Shown here one piece after another: positions 22,499 through 35,100 of a stretch of 38,974 nucleotides of DNA. The position numbers and the translations under genes are program-made. Position 1 is the first letter of the stretch. Every line of letters starts with the position of its first letter. The stretch comes from Proteromonas lacertae. Lineage: Eukaryota. The notes beneath the pieces are model-generated. The model was not told the origin of the DNA. It worked only from the letters and a program-made list of their open reading frames with translations, and searched no databases. The stretch is from NCBI GenBank assembly GCA_002245135.1, contig NGBS01001233.1:1-38974 (forward strand), given 5' to 3'.

Positions 22499-23742
22499 CT
22501 AAACCATGTGGTTTGGTGCATCATCTTTTCTCACTAACTGCAACTCATAGTGCTTAAATCGAATTAATGAAAAACCTTGAATGTCATTCCCATTGATATC
22601 ACCTAAATTGTATGAATATCGATTTTTCTTGATTATCTTATATACATTGTCTGACCAATATATGTTCTTATCCATTTTACGTCTTCTCTCTTTGAATCTC
22701 ACCAAATCACCTACTTCGAAATTTTGGCCAATATGATCCAATTTTTCATAATTCTTTAAGTTATAGTTATTTGATTTTTGTAATATTTATTTTTGTAATT
22801 CTGGACTATGGAATACCTCATTTGGGTATATCCTTTAATTCCTGGTAATGGCTTGTTGTTATAGTCATCTATCACTTCCTGTATTATACTATCGAGTTTC
22901 AATTTATAATTCATATCTGGTATAATATGCTTATTATTGTGATCAATATCTGCCATATATGTAGGTGCATCATATCCCAAATCCACCAAGTGTTTGTACA
23001 ACAGTCTTTTTATCACACTCACTGATCTATCCAACAATGATTCTATTTTATGCTCAGAACCATCTTTTGAAAATATGATATTCCTTCAGCATAACATAAC
23101 TTCTTGATATTTGAAAAACTAGCATCAGCATCTGATAAGATACTTACCACATTTTTATGTGTTTTGTTTCCATAGCATCTGTTTCATAATACCACTTCTA
23201 AAATGCATCCAATGTAATATCACCATATTTATTAGGCATAAATATTGCCCATACTTTTCTTGAATTCATTTCGATAAAATACAAATGTTCCATATCAGGT
23301 AAGAAAAACACAATATCCGTTTGGAAGTACCCTGGCTTCTTGATAGTTGCGAATGGATTATTTTTTTATATTTGAAATCGACAATTTGTTTTCCAGGTTG
23401 TCTCCTTAAGTATTCACGTACTACATCTGGTGTGGAGCTATATCATTCATATTAGACAAATGTTGTGTCATTTTGACAAATTCATTTTTCATTAAGGTAA
23501 TAATATTTTTATATAGTCATCTAAGCGTGATCGATATTGGGCAATTTGGTTTGACATTTGGTCTTCATACGAAGCCTCTCTGTTGGATGTGTAATATTCG
23601 GTGCTCCATGGTTAATATATGTTGCAAGTGATAAGTTACCATTTGTAGGTAACGGTTTGACAGGATATGGGTTCTGGTTGCTATATGAGCTGTATAAATG
23701 TGGATCGTAACTATTAGTGCTAAACATATGGTCCAAAAGCAA
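22499..23742 (-). pseudogene. Polinton/Maverick-type RVE integrase, multiply frameshifted
   Basis: Manual translation gives VREYLRRQ, GYFQTDIVF, FIEMNSRKVWA, SILSDADASF, LLDRSVSVIKR and DDYNN, then the C-terminal FEVGDLVR..WSDNVYKI..YNLGD..YELQLV typical of Polinton integrases. Confidence 0.7.
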
Positions 23743-23893
23743 AAAACAAAAGTAATAATGAAATTCATTTCATTATGATTATTATCTAAATTAATAGAGT
23801 TATATGTCTTTATAACAACATTTAAAAAAATAATATATATACATATAACATTTGTTCATCGTTCAACGTTATTTCCCTTTCAATTCACTTATT

Positions 23894-24668
23894 ATGAGCA
23901 ACTGGAAGATACTATACAAAAAGCTTCATTAATGATCCAAAATCCGAGCATATATAAAATTTTATGTGAGAATTTTAAGACGATTGTAGAACATGAGAAA
24001 GATTTGCAACGTTATAGGTATATTATATTATTATATGTCTATAGCTGGAATGGTAACTTCAGTATAAGGCGTTTCAGTACATGGTACAAAAGATTCACAG
24101 AAATTGAAAAGATTGATGATCGTCATGAAAGATTAAAGATGTCCAGAGTGTTGATGTCTGTCCTGCTATGCAATATCGTGTATAAAGAGGATCTGGACAA
24201 AAGCATCGTATATTCATTTAATATATATTTCAATTTTGAATCAATAGTATGATCGTATGCTTGACCATGCAATGGAGGATATGATAGAACTGACTTGTAT
24301 GTATGTCATACATTTCGGTGACAACGATTTAGCAAAAATGCGAAAAAGAAGAAAACAAGAATTCGAAAGGAGATATTGTTTACAGAAGTACTGCTGAAAG
24401 TATAGTAAGTAGTAAAGTCTCTATAGCATCGTTGTTTGATAATCTGGATGATGATGATGATGACAACAAGTTGTTAAAGGTGGCATCCACCAAAAGAAAG
24501 TGCAGTACATCTAAAGCTCCAAGATTCAAAAGAAAGAAGACCAATCAGAAAAGAAATTCAAACAGAAAGGAAGAAGACACCAGTACAGAGGAAGATGAGG
24601 ATGATGATAACTTCTCCCAATTTATAGTAGATGATGATGAGGAGCCAGAGTACCAAAATGATTATTAA
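23894..24668 (+). pseudogene. Frameshifted hypothetical protein with basic NLS-like and acidic C-terminus
   Basis: ATG 23894, ORFs 23932..24252 and 24432..24668. KRKKT..KRNSNRK and EEDEDDDNFSQFIVDDDEE. Divergent from the integrase. Confidence 0.4.
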
Positions 24669-24850
24669 TCTCTGTCCTAATTGGTTCAAATGATAGATTG
24701 TGTTTGTGTGGGAGTGTTGTTTTCATAATTTACATAATTAATTAGCATTATAACAAGTCTTATAAGAAATATCAATAATAGAAAAATAGACGCGTTTCAA
24801 AAGTGATTTGACTTGACTTGAACTCCATTTTTTTTGTTTTGTTTTTAAAC

Positions 24851-24902
24851 ATAGGATGGTCACTATATGGTGTCATATCACACAGTATGGTGGTCATCCT
24901 AT
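24851..24902 (+). other. 52-nt stem-loop
   Basis: ATAGGATGGTCACTATAT pairs with GTATGGTGGTCATCCTAT: 18 contiguous pairs including four G-U on the plus strand. Confidence 0.6.
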
Positions 24903-25051
24903 CTATCATTGTTTTTTGAATTTTTTAAGAAAATTAAATTTCGATTATGATCAGAAAGTCAAACTAAGGGCATATATGAGCCCAGCATAAATAGAGAAAT
25001 CGATTGATATATTTATTATGCATTAAAACGTTTCTAAGGGTGAAAAAACAA

Positions 25052-25139
25052 TAGGGGGAAATAGAACACTGTTCCATTTCCCCCTATGTGTTTTTGGTTC
25101 AAAAAAAGATCCGTTTTCAATGTGTTCTATTTCCCCCTA
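25052..25139. repeat. Three copies of an 18-bp motif in inverted/direct arrangement (probable transposon end)
   Basis: TAGGGGGAAATAGAACAC (25052-25069), an adjacent inverted copy TGTTCCATTTCCCCCTA (25070-25086), and an exact inverted copy GTGTTCTATTTCCCCCTA (25122-25139). Confidence 0.75.
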
Positions 25140-25341
25140 ATACTCATTATTATATTTATATTACAAATAAACTTTTGTTTATGATTATGAATGTTTATAA
25201 AGTCGTTAATTATTGTTAATTATTGTAATTCAATATATTAATTAGATATTATATTTTATTATTTCATTTTTAAACTGTAATAACAATATTGTAAAACAAA
25301 AGTGATTATGAATGAGGTAATTATTATATCGTTACTGAGAT

Positions 25342-28090
25342 TTAAAAACGATGTAAGGTATTCTTTTGGTAATTCTTGTAAAACTTAGCTATTTCTTCCA
25401 CAGTCAGTTTACTCATAGCAGAGAATAAATCTTCTATAAAATAATTAATATTAAAACTCTCTATATTCTGTATTTCATCTATCCTTAGGTTTTTCATTCT
25501 ACATCCCAAATAAAGGGTGTAAATACCCACAATTCACTTTATCACGATTACTTTGTTTCACATTAGTTTCCATAATTTGGTAACTTAATTCTACGTTACT
25601 CTCAAAAAATCTGTATATTCTATAGATAATATTATCTCTTGCATCATTATAATCCCCTCTATAAATGTTTAAGCTGTCATAGATATAATATTTAATATAT
25701 TTATTACTGTTATATTTCACTTCAAATAACGACCAATGTTGATAATCTTTGTCGCATATTGGGAAAAAATATATACCATCGTTCTTTATTTTACTTAATA
25801 AACGTAATTGTTCATCACTTTTATATATATTACCTGGATCTATTACATTATCATTACACTGATTGATGAAGTGTATATAAAACACTAGATCTTCCGATTT
25901 TAATCTCTCTTTTAATAATAGATGATTAACTATAATATTAAATTGTCTTAAGAAACTGTTCTTTTGTTTACCTTTTAGTGATATTGTATTATAATTGTAT
26001 GGATTTATAATTAATCTGACAAAATTTAATGTATTTTCTTCATTGCGTGAATAGAATAGAGAATCACCATCATCATCATGTATCTTGACATAAGAACAGG
26101 ACAACTTTAGTCTGTATGATTTTATATTCTAATAGTTTAGAGATATATTCTCTTAGCAAATCGCTCATTAGAATAACATCTAACTCCAATACTTCAATAT
26201 TGTTGTAATCAGAATTCATAATCATAAATGTCACAGTAGCAGCAATATCTGTGGCTTCTAGAAAATTGCTCCTAACATTTATTATATTTATTTCATATTT
26301 ACTTAGATTTGATATATATGAGGATAAGTATTTAAGATCTGTATTATAGTCATATGTATTAATTGAATCATATATTTTAATCATCCCTTTATCCTTTTCT
26401 ATCATAATTAAATAGCATTGATGTGATTTAATTAATATGCTCATACTTTTATTATTATATAATAACATATTGTTACTTAAATAGATTAATGTCATTAAAA
26501 TCATATAATTGAAGTATATACCATATCTGATAGATATTTAACTCCTTTTTTCCTATTTTTATCTCTTACTCTTATCACATTTTCTAATTGTTCTTCAGTT
26601 AAAGTATCTTTACCATCATATTCAGAGGTAATTTTTCCAAATATGCTATAAACTGCATTTTTAGAAGGATGTCTAATGATATCTGATAGAATTTTTGGTA
26701 TGTATCAGTTTTTCTTTTTCTTTTTCTGAGGATTGACCTATTTAATAAAATAATAATAATAATACTAATTGAATATCCATTTTTCTTTTGAGTTTTTCTG
26801 AAGATCAGTTGATATAGGAATGACTTCCACTGCCGATGAATTAGTCAATCTTATTTCGTTATCTTTGTTACTATGTTAATTATTAATATACAAATCTATA
26901 CACTGCATATAATGAATCATTATTTTTGTTCTTTTTGATTATTCTGAACTCATTTTTATCTTTTTTGATTTTTTTATTTTCTTAGTTAAAACAATTGCAT
27001 TGCCATGCTGGGGTTTGATACTTTTTCACTCAACTTTTTAATCGAATTCATTACCATCTTACTATTTTTTTTCTCTATTCTAATATTAACAGATTGTTTG
27101 ATATTATCTATTACTGACTTATACTTATTAATATCTTTATTATTTTTTTTCATCATTTATTTCTTCATTGTCAATGTTATAACCATAATCTACATTATTA
27201 TTACTTATATTGTAAAATAATTTTGGGTTTTTTTTTGTAGTTCTTCTACATCCATAAAAAAAGACTTCTTGGCTTGCAATGTGTTGTTGAAGAAATCGAA
27301 GTATTCATATCTTCAATTATATTTTCTATAAATTCTGTCCATTCATGACCCTCATTTTCAGATAAGTAACCATCTGCTAAGCGTTCTAAAACTAGATTAT
27401 AACGTTTCAACCTTGCCATTTGTTTGAGGATGGTAAGGCAAGCTTGTTATCTTTTGGTATGATTATCTGCCATTAATTCATTCAATATACTGTTGACAAA
27501 CTCAGGTCCGTTATCAGATTGAATAATTGATAGGGCACCGAAAATTCGTATATAACTTTTAATATTTTCTGCTGTTTCTTTGGCACTTTTTGTCTTTTGA
27601 CAATAAATCATAATAAACTACTATAATGATCAATAACAGATAAAAGAAATTTTTCATTTGAATGATATTTGCTCATATTTATTAAATCAATCAGTATCCT
27701 TTCTCTTGGTGCATGAGATATGATTGGTTGCATTGGATTACTACGACTAATCTTCTTAATTTTGTGACAAACAGCACATGCATTTTAATCAATTTATATA
27801 TTGCATCATGAAACGCTCTCTTCTATGCCCATGAGATTCATGTATATTATCCAGTATATCAAAACTTTCTTCCAATTTCACTACCAACTTATCTTCGAAG
27901 TAGAGTTTATTATTCTCGACTTTATACTTTTTAAGTTTGTAATAATTAATGTTATTCAAATATTTTGTCATACTTTTTCTGATCAAATGTCCATGTGTTT
28001 GTACCACTTAAGCATAATTTATCTATTTCTTCGTAATACTGTTTGACATGATCAGCTCTAAGCAATGTATCAGATCTTCATCAGATGACC
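25342..28090 (-). mobile_element. Ginger/Tdd-like DNA transposon gene: H2C2 + RVE integrase, basic linker with tiny introns, degenerate plus intact-motif Ulp1 (C48) protease domains; decayed
   Basis: IHESHGH..CAVC, PRERILIDL, LSVIDHYS, IQSDNGPEF and PYHPQTNGKVE (27300-28000). Ulp1 residues HWSL, IYDSL and KQ..NCG (25342-26104). A second IYDS domain at 26076-26504. Intron 26738-26765. No RT/RNase H seen. Confidence 0.75.
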
Positions 28091-28425
28091 TAATTATAAA
28101 TAGAATAATAAGTAAATAAAAGATATATAGAAAAATAATTAAATGGGTATAATTCTTAATTCCTGTATAACTGATACATTTTTTCTTTACATCATCTAAT
28201 GAATTTAATATTATATTTAATATATAAGTCAATTTTACTATATAATAATAGTGTTTTCTTTTCATATTATGACAGTTTTTATATGTCAAAAAAAGTAGTT
28301 TATATATAGCAAACTAACAATATATATACGTAAAACAAAGGACATATATTACGATTATAATACAACATTTTCATAAAAGTTTATAACTCCTTTATCGCGC
28401 AGATTTCTTTATTGCGCACGACAGG

Positions 28426-28464
28426 CTCAATGGCACAAAAAATATATTTTCATGTGCCATTGAG
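28426..28464. repeat. 12-bp perfect inverted repeat
   Basis: CTCAATGGCACA / TGTGCCATTGAG around a 15-nt AT-rich spacer. Confidence 0.7.
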
Positions 28465-29024
28465 GACGCTGAAGGATTATGAAGCTGATACTTTGTAAAT
28501 GAGATATATATATTTAGTTCTATATGAATATTTATATATTGTTTATGAAATATAGAAATTAGAAATTTTTGTAAATGATCTTTATAAATTTGTTTTGTAT
28601 ATTTTTTTTATATCTAAAAACATAGATGTATAGTTAATTATTAAAATTGAATAGTTAAATTTACCATGAATTATTTATTTGTAGAGATAATCAAATTTTG
28701 AACAAATTTAAGGGTAAAATTTTTAAGGAATTTAGTTTTATTTTTTCATTTATCTCATGAACCATTATGATTTATTTTCAGATATTTTATATTAACAATA
28801 CATATAAGTAGTAGTAATGGAATATATAATAATATTACTTATGATGACCTAATAGTTGATAAAAATACAATATCTAAAATTATTCATGAATCTAATATAT
28901 GTTATTTTATAATAATACAATTTTAGATATTTTTTTTTCTTAGCTAAAGCAGATTGAATTGAAGCTATTTTATGTAATGATTCATTTCTCATAATTGACT
29001 CTACTTCTAATAATATATTATCGT

Positions 29025-29327
29025 TTATATAATTCTTATGGTTTTATTCACTCTGACATGTGATACTATATGATTATGTCCATGATATGTTGAACTGATT
29101 AAACTTCCATAGAATACTGTTATATAAAAGCTGCAGTTAGGATATAAACACCTAAAAGTAATCTTTTTCCTTTTGTGAATTGAATAATTAACCTTTATTT
29201 TGGTATTTGTTTGATTACAATACACATATACCACAAAATATAATTCATCTATACTTCTAAACTTAAAGTTGAATATTTCTTCTTTAATAGCATTATAACT
29301 ATCTAATGGTGGATATTTTACCATCAC
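29025..29327 (-). pseudogene. MULE/FAR1-like (WRKY/GCM fold) DNA-binding domain fragment
   Basis: FRSIDELY..Y, then FRCLYPNCSFYI...HGHNH (C-x4-C..HxH). No catalytic domain follows. Confidence 0.6.
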
Positions 29328-29339
29328 TTGTCAACTTAG

Positions 29340-29860
29340 CTGATAGATATTATGAAATTGTATTAAGTTTATTACTATTGAATGAATAGGATGGCTTTAA
29401 AAAAGCATAAGAATATTTAAAATTTGCTTTAGAAAACGCATCAACAAAAACAGAAAATTATCAATTTAATTACAATATTAGCACATGTTATTATTACAAT
29501 ATATAAACATATGTAATTTGTTATTAAAATAGGATGAGATTGAAAAATCAATGAAATATGTTGAATCTTCACTTGAATATGTTGAAGCTGATTATCAAAG
29601 ATGTGATTATCATTGTGGTATGTGTAGATGTTTGTTTAAACTTGGTGAAAAAGAAGAATCATTAATACAATTTAAGAAAGCATTAGAATTAGCCAAGAAT
29701 GATTATGATGTATTTTTATGTAATTTTAAATTCGATAAATGTTTTTTCTACAGTGTATGATATATAATATATTATAATAATATTAATAGAATGAGATTGA
29801 AGAAGTAAAGAAATACTTAGATTTACAAGAAAGTATATAACAATTAGAGAAATTTATGGA
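29340..29860 (+). pseudogene. TPR-like repeat gene fragment with tiny introns
   Basis: CLFKLGEKEESLIQFKKALEL. GT..AG introns at 29360-29389 and near 29513 and 29755, with stops and frameshifts. Confidence 0.55.
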
Positions 29861-30017
29861 GTTAATATTATCATATTAAATAGTACACTGTTTATCCAAA
29901 TAATATGCATCTGTTATGATATTTTCATAAAAAATAATTGGTTTTTATAATAATGTAGGCTTGATTCTAAGCTTGTAACTTTCTCAATCTTTTTCTTTTG
30001 AAATACAATTGGCTATC

Positions 30018-30245
30018 ATGCAAAAAACTTCAAACACAGAAGAAATACCAGAAGCTCCTGCTGTCTCAAAACCAGAAAGGAGTGATTTAGAACTAGAATG
30101 GCAGGTTTATGTGCTATTGTAAAAAGTGTCTCAAAAGGAATTGGAGCTGGTGTTTGTATCATTCTTTTATAATTATTTAGTAAAAGAGTTTATTAAAGAA
30201 GGTTGTACTGTTGCATTTTGCTGTGGAGTAGAAGAAGACGGAAAA
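30018..30245 (+). pseudogene. N-terminal fragment of a short-chain dehydrogenase
   Basis: MAGLCAIVKSVSKGIGAGVLKEFIKEGCTVAFC after removing the 25-nt intron 30156-30180 (Rossmann GxxxGIG region, degenerate). Confidence 0.55.
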
Positions 30246-31016
30246 ACTATCAAATTGATCCTCTCTATCCTTTAAAAGAATATAATTTGTATAAGGAGAT
30301 TCCATTAGTGTGGAATGTTGCTCCAAGAGATGGTCCACTTTATGGTAAATTTCTGTTACCAATCGAAACAAAGAATGCTGAATTTAGTCATGATTTACAT
30401 GTTAGATTATTACATCAGGCAAGTATGGAAGAATTTAGTTTTATTCCTGATTATTGAAAATAAACTAACAATCAAATTTCCTGCTTTTAATAAACCCAGT
30501 GATGGAATTGTTTCTGTTTATGTCACTTATAATGATCAAGATTATTCACCTGATCATCCAAGAGCAGCTATTAAAGTATGGAGTTCATAGAAAGGAGGAG
30601 AAGAAAGTGATTTAGATAAATTGAAAAATATGAAGGCTGGAATAGCAAAGAGATATCTCTAACAGATAATAATTAAAGAAAGTCAAGGTCAACCAGAAGA
30701 AGCTGAAGATTTAGGTGAAAATCCTTTATGAATAGCTCCAGATTCTGCATTTAGACTACTTGATATAAAAGATTTGAAATTAGAATCGTTAGATGTAAAT
30801 TCAAAAATCCAGCATTTAAATAAAGAAGATTTACAAATCGCTATTGAGAATGAATTAGCTCCAATATGGGTTCAAAGAGATGCATATTATGCTCCTTATT
30901 TAACAACTTCAAATGATCCACAGTTATTTGAGGGAAGAGAAGAAATAGAGAAATACACCATAAAATACTTCTTCTTTTTTGAATTTACTTGTAATTTATA
31001 TTTCTTTCGTTTCTAA
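30246..31016 (+). pseudogene. IPT/TIG-like domain fragment with stops
   Basis: VAPRDGPLYG and VSVYVTYNDQDYS resemble IPT/TIG motifs. Several in-frame stops downstream. Confidence 0.4.
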
Positions 31017-31210
31017 ACCTCTTAACTACATCATATCATCGCTACTTATATCAATAATGTATTTATTTCATCATTTAAACTACTTGATTCATATTGAAGA
31101 CAGGAGTTTAAAAAATGAAAACATAATTTTAATCAAACCACGGCTTGTGTAAATTTTCGTATTTGCTATATTTTTTCACACAAATAGGCATATAATAACA
31201 AAATAAATTG

Positions 31211-31252
31211 GAGGTCCTAACTGCAGTTATTATGCACTATAGTTTGGACCTC
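31211..31252. other. 42-nt imperfect stem-loop
   Basis: GAGGTCCTAACTGCAGT / ACTATAGTTTGGACCTC, 17-bp stem with two mismatches and one wobble. Confidence 0.55.
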
Positions 31253-31393
31253 GATTCTAAAACCAATAACTAAATTAATTAATCATTAGTAAACAAGATT
31301 TAAATATAAGTATAGAAATATTTAATCTCATAAAATAATTCAAAAAAATCATAAAATAAAGAAATAAAAGCCGTTCAATTCGCAACTTTCCAT

Positions 31394-32105
31394 TTGCTTG
31401 ATCCTAGAGTGAAGCAATTCATGAAATCAACATTATTAGGATTTACTGCCAAAGAATATAGAGAATCTAAGAATACATTAGAAAATTTAATAGATTATGA
31501 TGATGATAATACTCTAGATATTGAAGATGAATCTATTAGTTATAACAATGATTTAGATAAGTATTTTAAAAAGTACATCAATAAAGCGTAGAAGAATCAG
31601 TAATGATAAAGAAGTGATGAATTATCTAGAATATACAGAAATATTTAGCACTGGAGAAGATCTATCTAAAATTTGGCTTGCTCTTAAAGCTTCTTTTCCA
31701 CGCATTTTTAAAATTGCGAAAAAGTACTTAGCATGCCAACATCTTCTAGCGAATCAGAATGAATTTTTAGCAAAACTGGAAGACTAAGCAATTTAGACAA
31801 ATATAATATATCATCTGAGCATATTGAAATGAAAGCGCTAATTTCGAGAAATAGAGATTTATAAATAGAAGATTTAGCAAATGTGTAAAAGTTGTACGAT
31901 ACCATTTATTTAATATTAAAAGCAAAGTATTACTGCAATGCTGCAATATACTATTTTTCATTCTTTTTATAAACAAATATCATTCCATAATGAATTAAAA
32001 TAGATTTTAATAAAATGAAGTTTGATATGTTTGACCGACCGATGGTCAACGCAAAAACAGCGGTTTTGACCTATATTGGTCGGTTGACCGATAAATACAA
32101 CCCTG
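31394..32105 (+). mobile_element. 3' remnant of a hAT transposon: C-terminal dimerisation domain, subterminal repeats and right TIR
   Basis: LLDPR, then (with frameshifts) W..LKASFPRIFKIAKKYLSMPTSSSESE*IFSKTG. TTGACC/GGTCAA repeats at 32031-32090. Ends ...ACAACCCTG (reverse complement CAGGGTTGT). Confidence 0.8.
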
Positions 32106-32170
32106 CTCCAGAACAATATATATTTAAAAAAACTTCAAAAACAAAAAAATATAGATTATAAAAATCATTA

Positions 32171-35100
32171 TTAATGGATATTGACTTTAACATATTTTCT
32201 TAATTCTCCATATTCAATCTTCATTATTCGTTTTCTTTGATATGTTTCTTTAAAAAGAGTATATCTTTCATTCTCATTTAAATGGTCATTTGCCAACTCT
32301 TGAAAATATGTTGGATATGATTCCCATATATTTCTATCTACTTGTATTAGATAAACATTTTCTCTTGGAGTTATTACAACATAACCAAATTCATACCATA
32401 ACTTAGTTACTGAATAATCTCTTCGATAATTATAGTAATGTCCATAAAGCCAGTATAAATTTTGTAGAACCATTGTCATTTCAGGTGCATATTTATGCTT
32501 ATCACTAACAGTAATTTGAATACCAAACGGTCCAATTAATGCATCAATATCAGGGAAAGATGTATAACTTAAATCAATAAAAGGGATTTTATTTTCATCA
32601 TGATATTTTTTGAATAAATCAATTTCTTGATTTAAATCTTTCTCATTAGTTATATTATTTGTAATAACTGTTTTGCCATTAAAAAACTTATTTAATTTTT
32701 TCATCTTATTAACTAGATAATTTCTAAAATCAGTAGATTCTTTCATCAAAAATAATATTATTCTTTCATATAAATTTCCAGCAAAATCCCCAGTTGGATT
32801 TCCATACAATAAATTTATCATTTTGTCACATTTTATAAATGTATCAATTGCTAATACTCTATTACATACAATATTTCTTACTGTATCAGATATAAATCGA
32901 AGATTATTAGATACAGTAACATCATTTTCATCTGTTTCATATATAAGTATATTTTGATAATTTGTCTTTGATATAGATGATATATTTATTCCTTTGATCA
33001 TATCCTCAATTAGTTTTTGGTCCACTGTTTGTATTTCACTCATACATGTTTTCTCATTATCTTCGTATTTTCCAATTATACCTCCATAGTATTCATAATT
33101 TTTGAGATATAAATCCAATTTTTCATTTTTACAACCATTTGATTTATTTTCTATCAATCTCATTACTTGTTTCACTTCTTCTATTGTAAATGGAGGTATA
33201 TACATCACCAAAGGGCATCTTTTATTTGAAATGTTTTATACTTTTCATCACATGGATTAGCTAATACTATTATCATTTCTGCATCAGCAAAATCATCTTC
33301 TCCAATTACAACTCCATCAGAAACAACAATATACGGATTGGCTTTTCCACATTCAAAATAATCATAATTACTAGGATTAGATTGCCCATCACTACATCTA
33401 AAATCTATTCGAATATCATTTTTATTTTCATGAATTTTGTTTATAATAATTTTAGCTAATTTGGATTTACCAATTTTTTTTTGGCCAAATATCAAAAAAT
33501 TTCTTTGATTTTCGTAATTCATACTAAGATTAAGATGTTGTAATATATCATCGAAACATTTTCTCATTAACACAAAGTCATTACCATCATCATATGTTGC
33601 TACTGCTGGTGCTATACTGCTGTTGGTGCTGGAGTTCGAGTTCGAGTTGATGTTAGTTGCTACTGCTGGTGTTGATAATGATGATACTTTTGGTACTGCA
33701 ACAGGAAATCTATAATCATAACCATATACTTTATGCTGTCTTATTAAACAATATTTAAATACACCACTTTTAATCTCACTGTATTCCTATTTATAAATAT
33801 ATATATTATATCCATACTCTTATAGATTCTTCCATTCTTTCTATTATATTATTAGTTTTATCAAGCTCTTCATCATCAAATAATATTTTTATAATACTCC
33901 TTCAATTATCAAATCAAAGTAGTTTTTTTATCCAATATGTAATAAACTAAATGTAATGCATTTCCAGGATAATGAATATAGACTTGTTTTTCATAGTTCA
34001 ATTTGAATTCTGATTACTTTCAATTACAGTATTTTTACCATTAGAATCTGTATATATCAACTTTATAATTTCAGTACTTAACTCATATGCTATTATTTGT
34101 TTAATGCCATTTTTCTTACATTTATATCATCATCAATTGATTCATACTTTTTCTTTACATCTTCATATTCTAGAACATTTTTTGGTGGATAGAATTTAAA
34201 AAATATATATTTTCAACAGCATTGGATATAAATTTTAATTTGTCTTTGGGTTTTAATATAAAATGATCTAAATCAGCATCCCATTCTAATTTTCAAATCA
34301 TATTTTAATACTATATTAAATAAATCATTTCTTTTCAAGTTGTCTCTATACATATAATTTTGTATGAAGTTACTGTAACCAGTTGTTCTACTACACCATC
34401 TATCAACTGCTTATAATGTTTCCAGTAATCTCTGTTAAAGTTTTTTTTATATAAATGGTGATTATAAATCTGTCGAGGATTATTACCATAATTTTGGCAT
34501 ATTTCTTTAAATGTCTTTAAATCATCAATATCAAAACCAATACAGTATTTAAACCATTCTAAAATTTCTACATCTTTTAAAGAATCAAAATATAATTGTT
34601 TACTTTCATTAACAACTGTATAGTGATCATTGTTTTGTTCATCTGGCGAACTGATCGATATAATTATATTACCAGAACCAAAGTTACCATTAAAGGTATC
34701 AACTATTATTATCGAATCTTTAATTACGCTTTCATTTATATCTATTTTATAGAGATGACCATATGTAAATAAATATATATCTTTATATCACTAGAACTAC
34801 CACATTTCTTTCCTTTTACTACGTAAATGTCTTTAACAGTTTTATTCTCTCTTCTCCATACTTTATCATCTAATATATAATAATTAAATCCAAACTTTTT
34901 CATTTCATCAGACATTGACTTTAGTTTTTCTTCAATTATTTTTATTTCATTTGATGGAATTTCTGTTTCTGTATCTAATGAAGCATTTATCTTATCTAAT
35001 GAAGCATTTATCTTATCTAATGAAGCATTGTATATTCTATTCGTTTCATTCAATTCATTTTCATATTCTTTCTTTCTATTCCCATTCATTTGTATTGAAT

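Noticed and set aside
22358..24800. TIRs around the Polinton-type integrase (GAAACGC / GCGTTTC)
   Set aside because: A match of only 7 bp, not significant.
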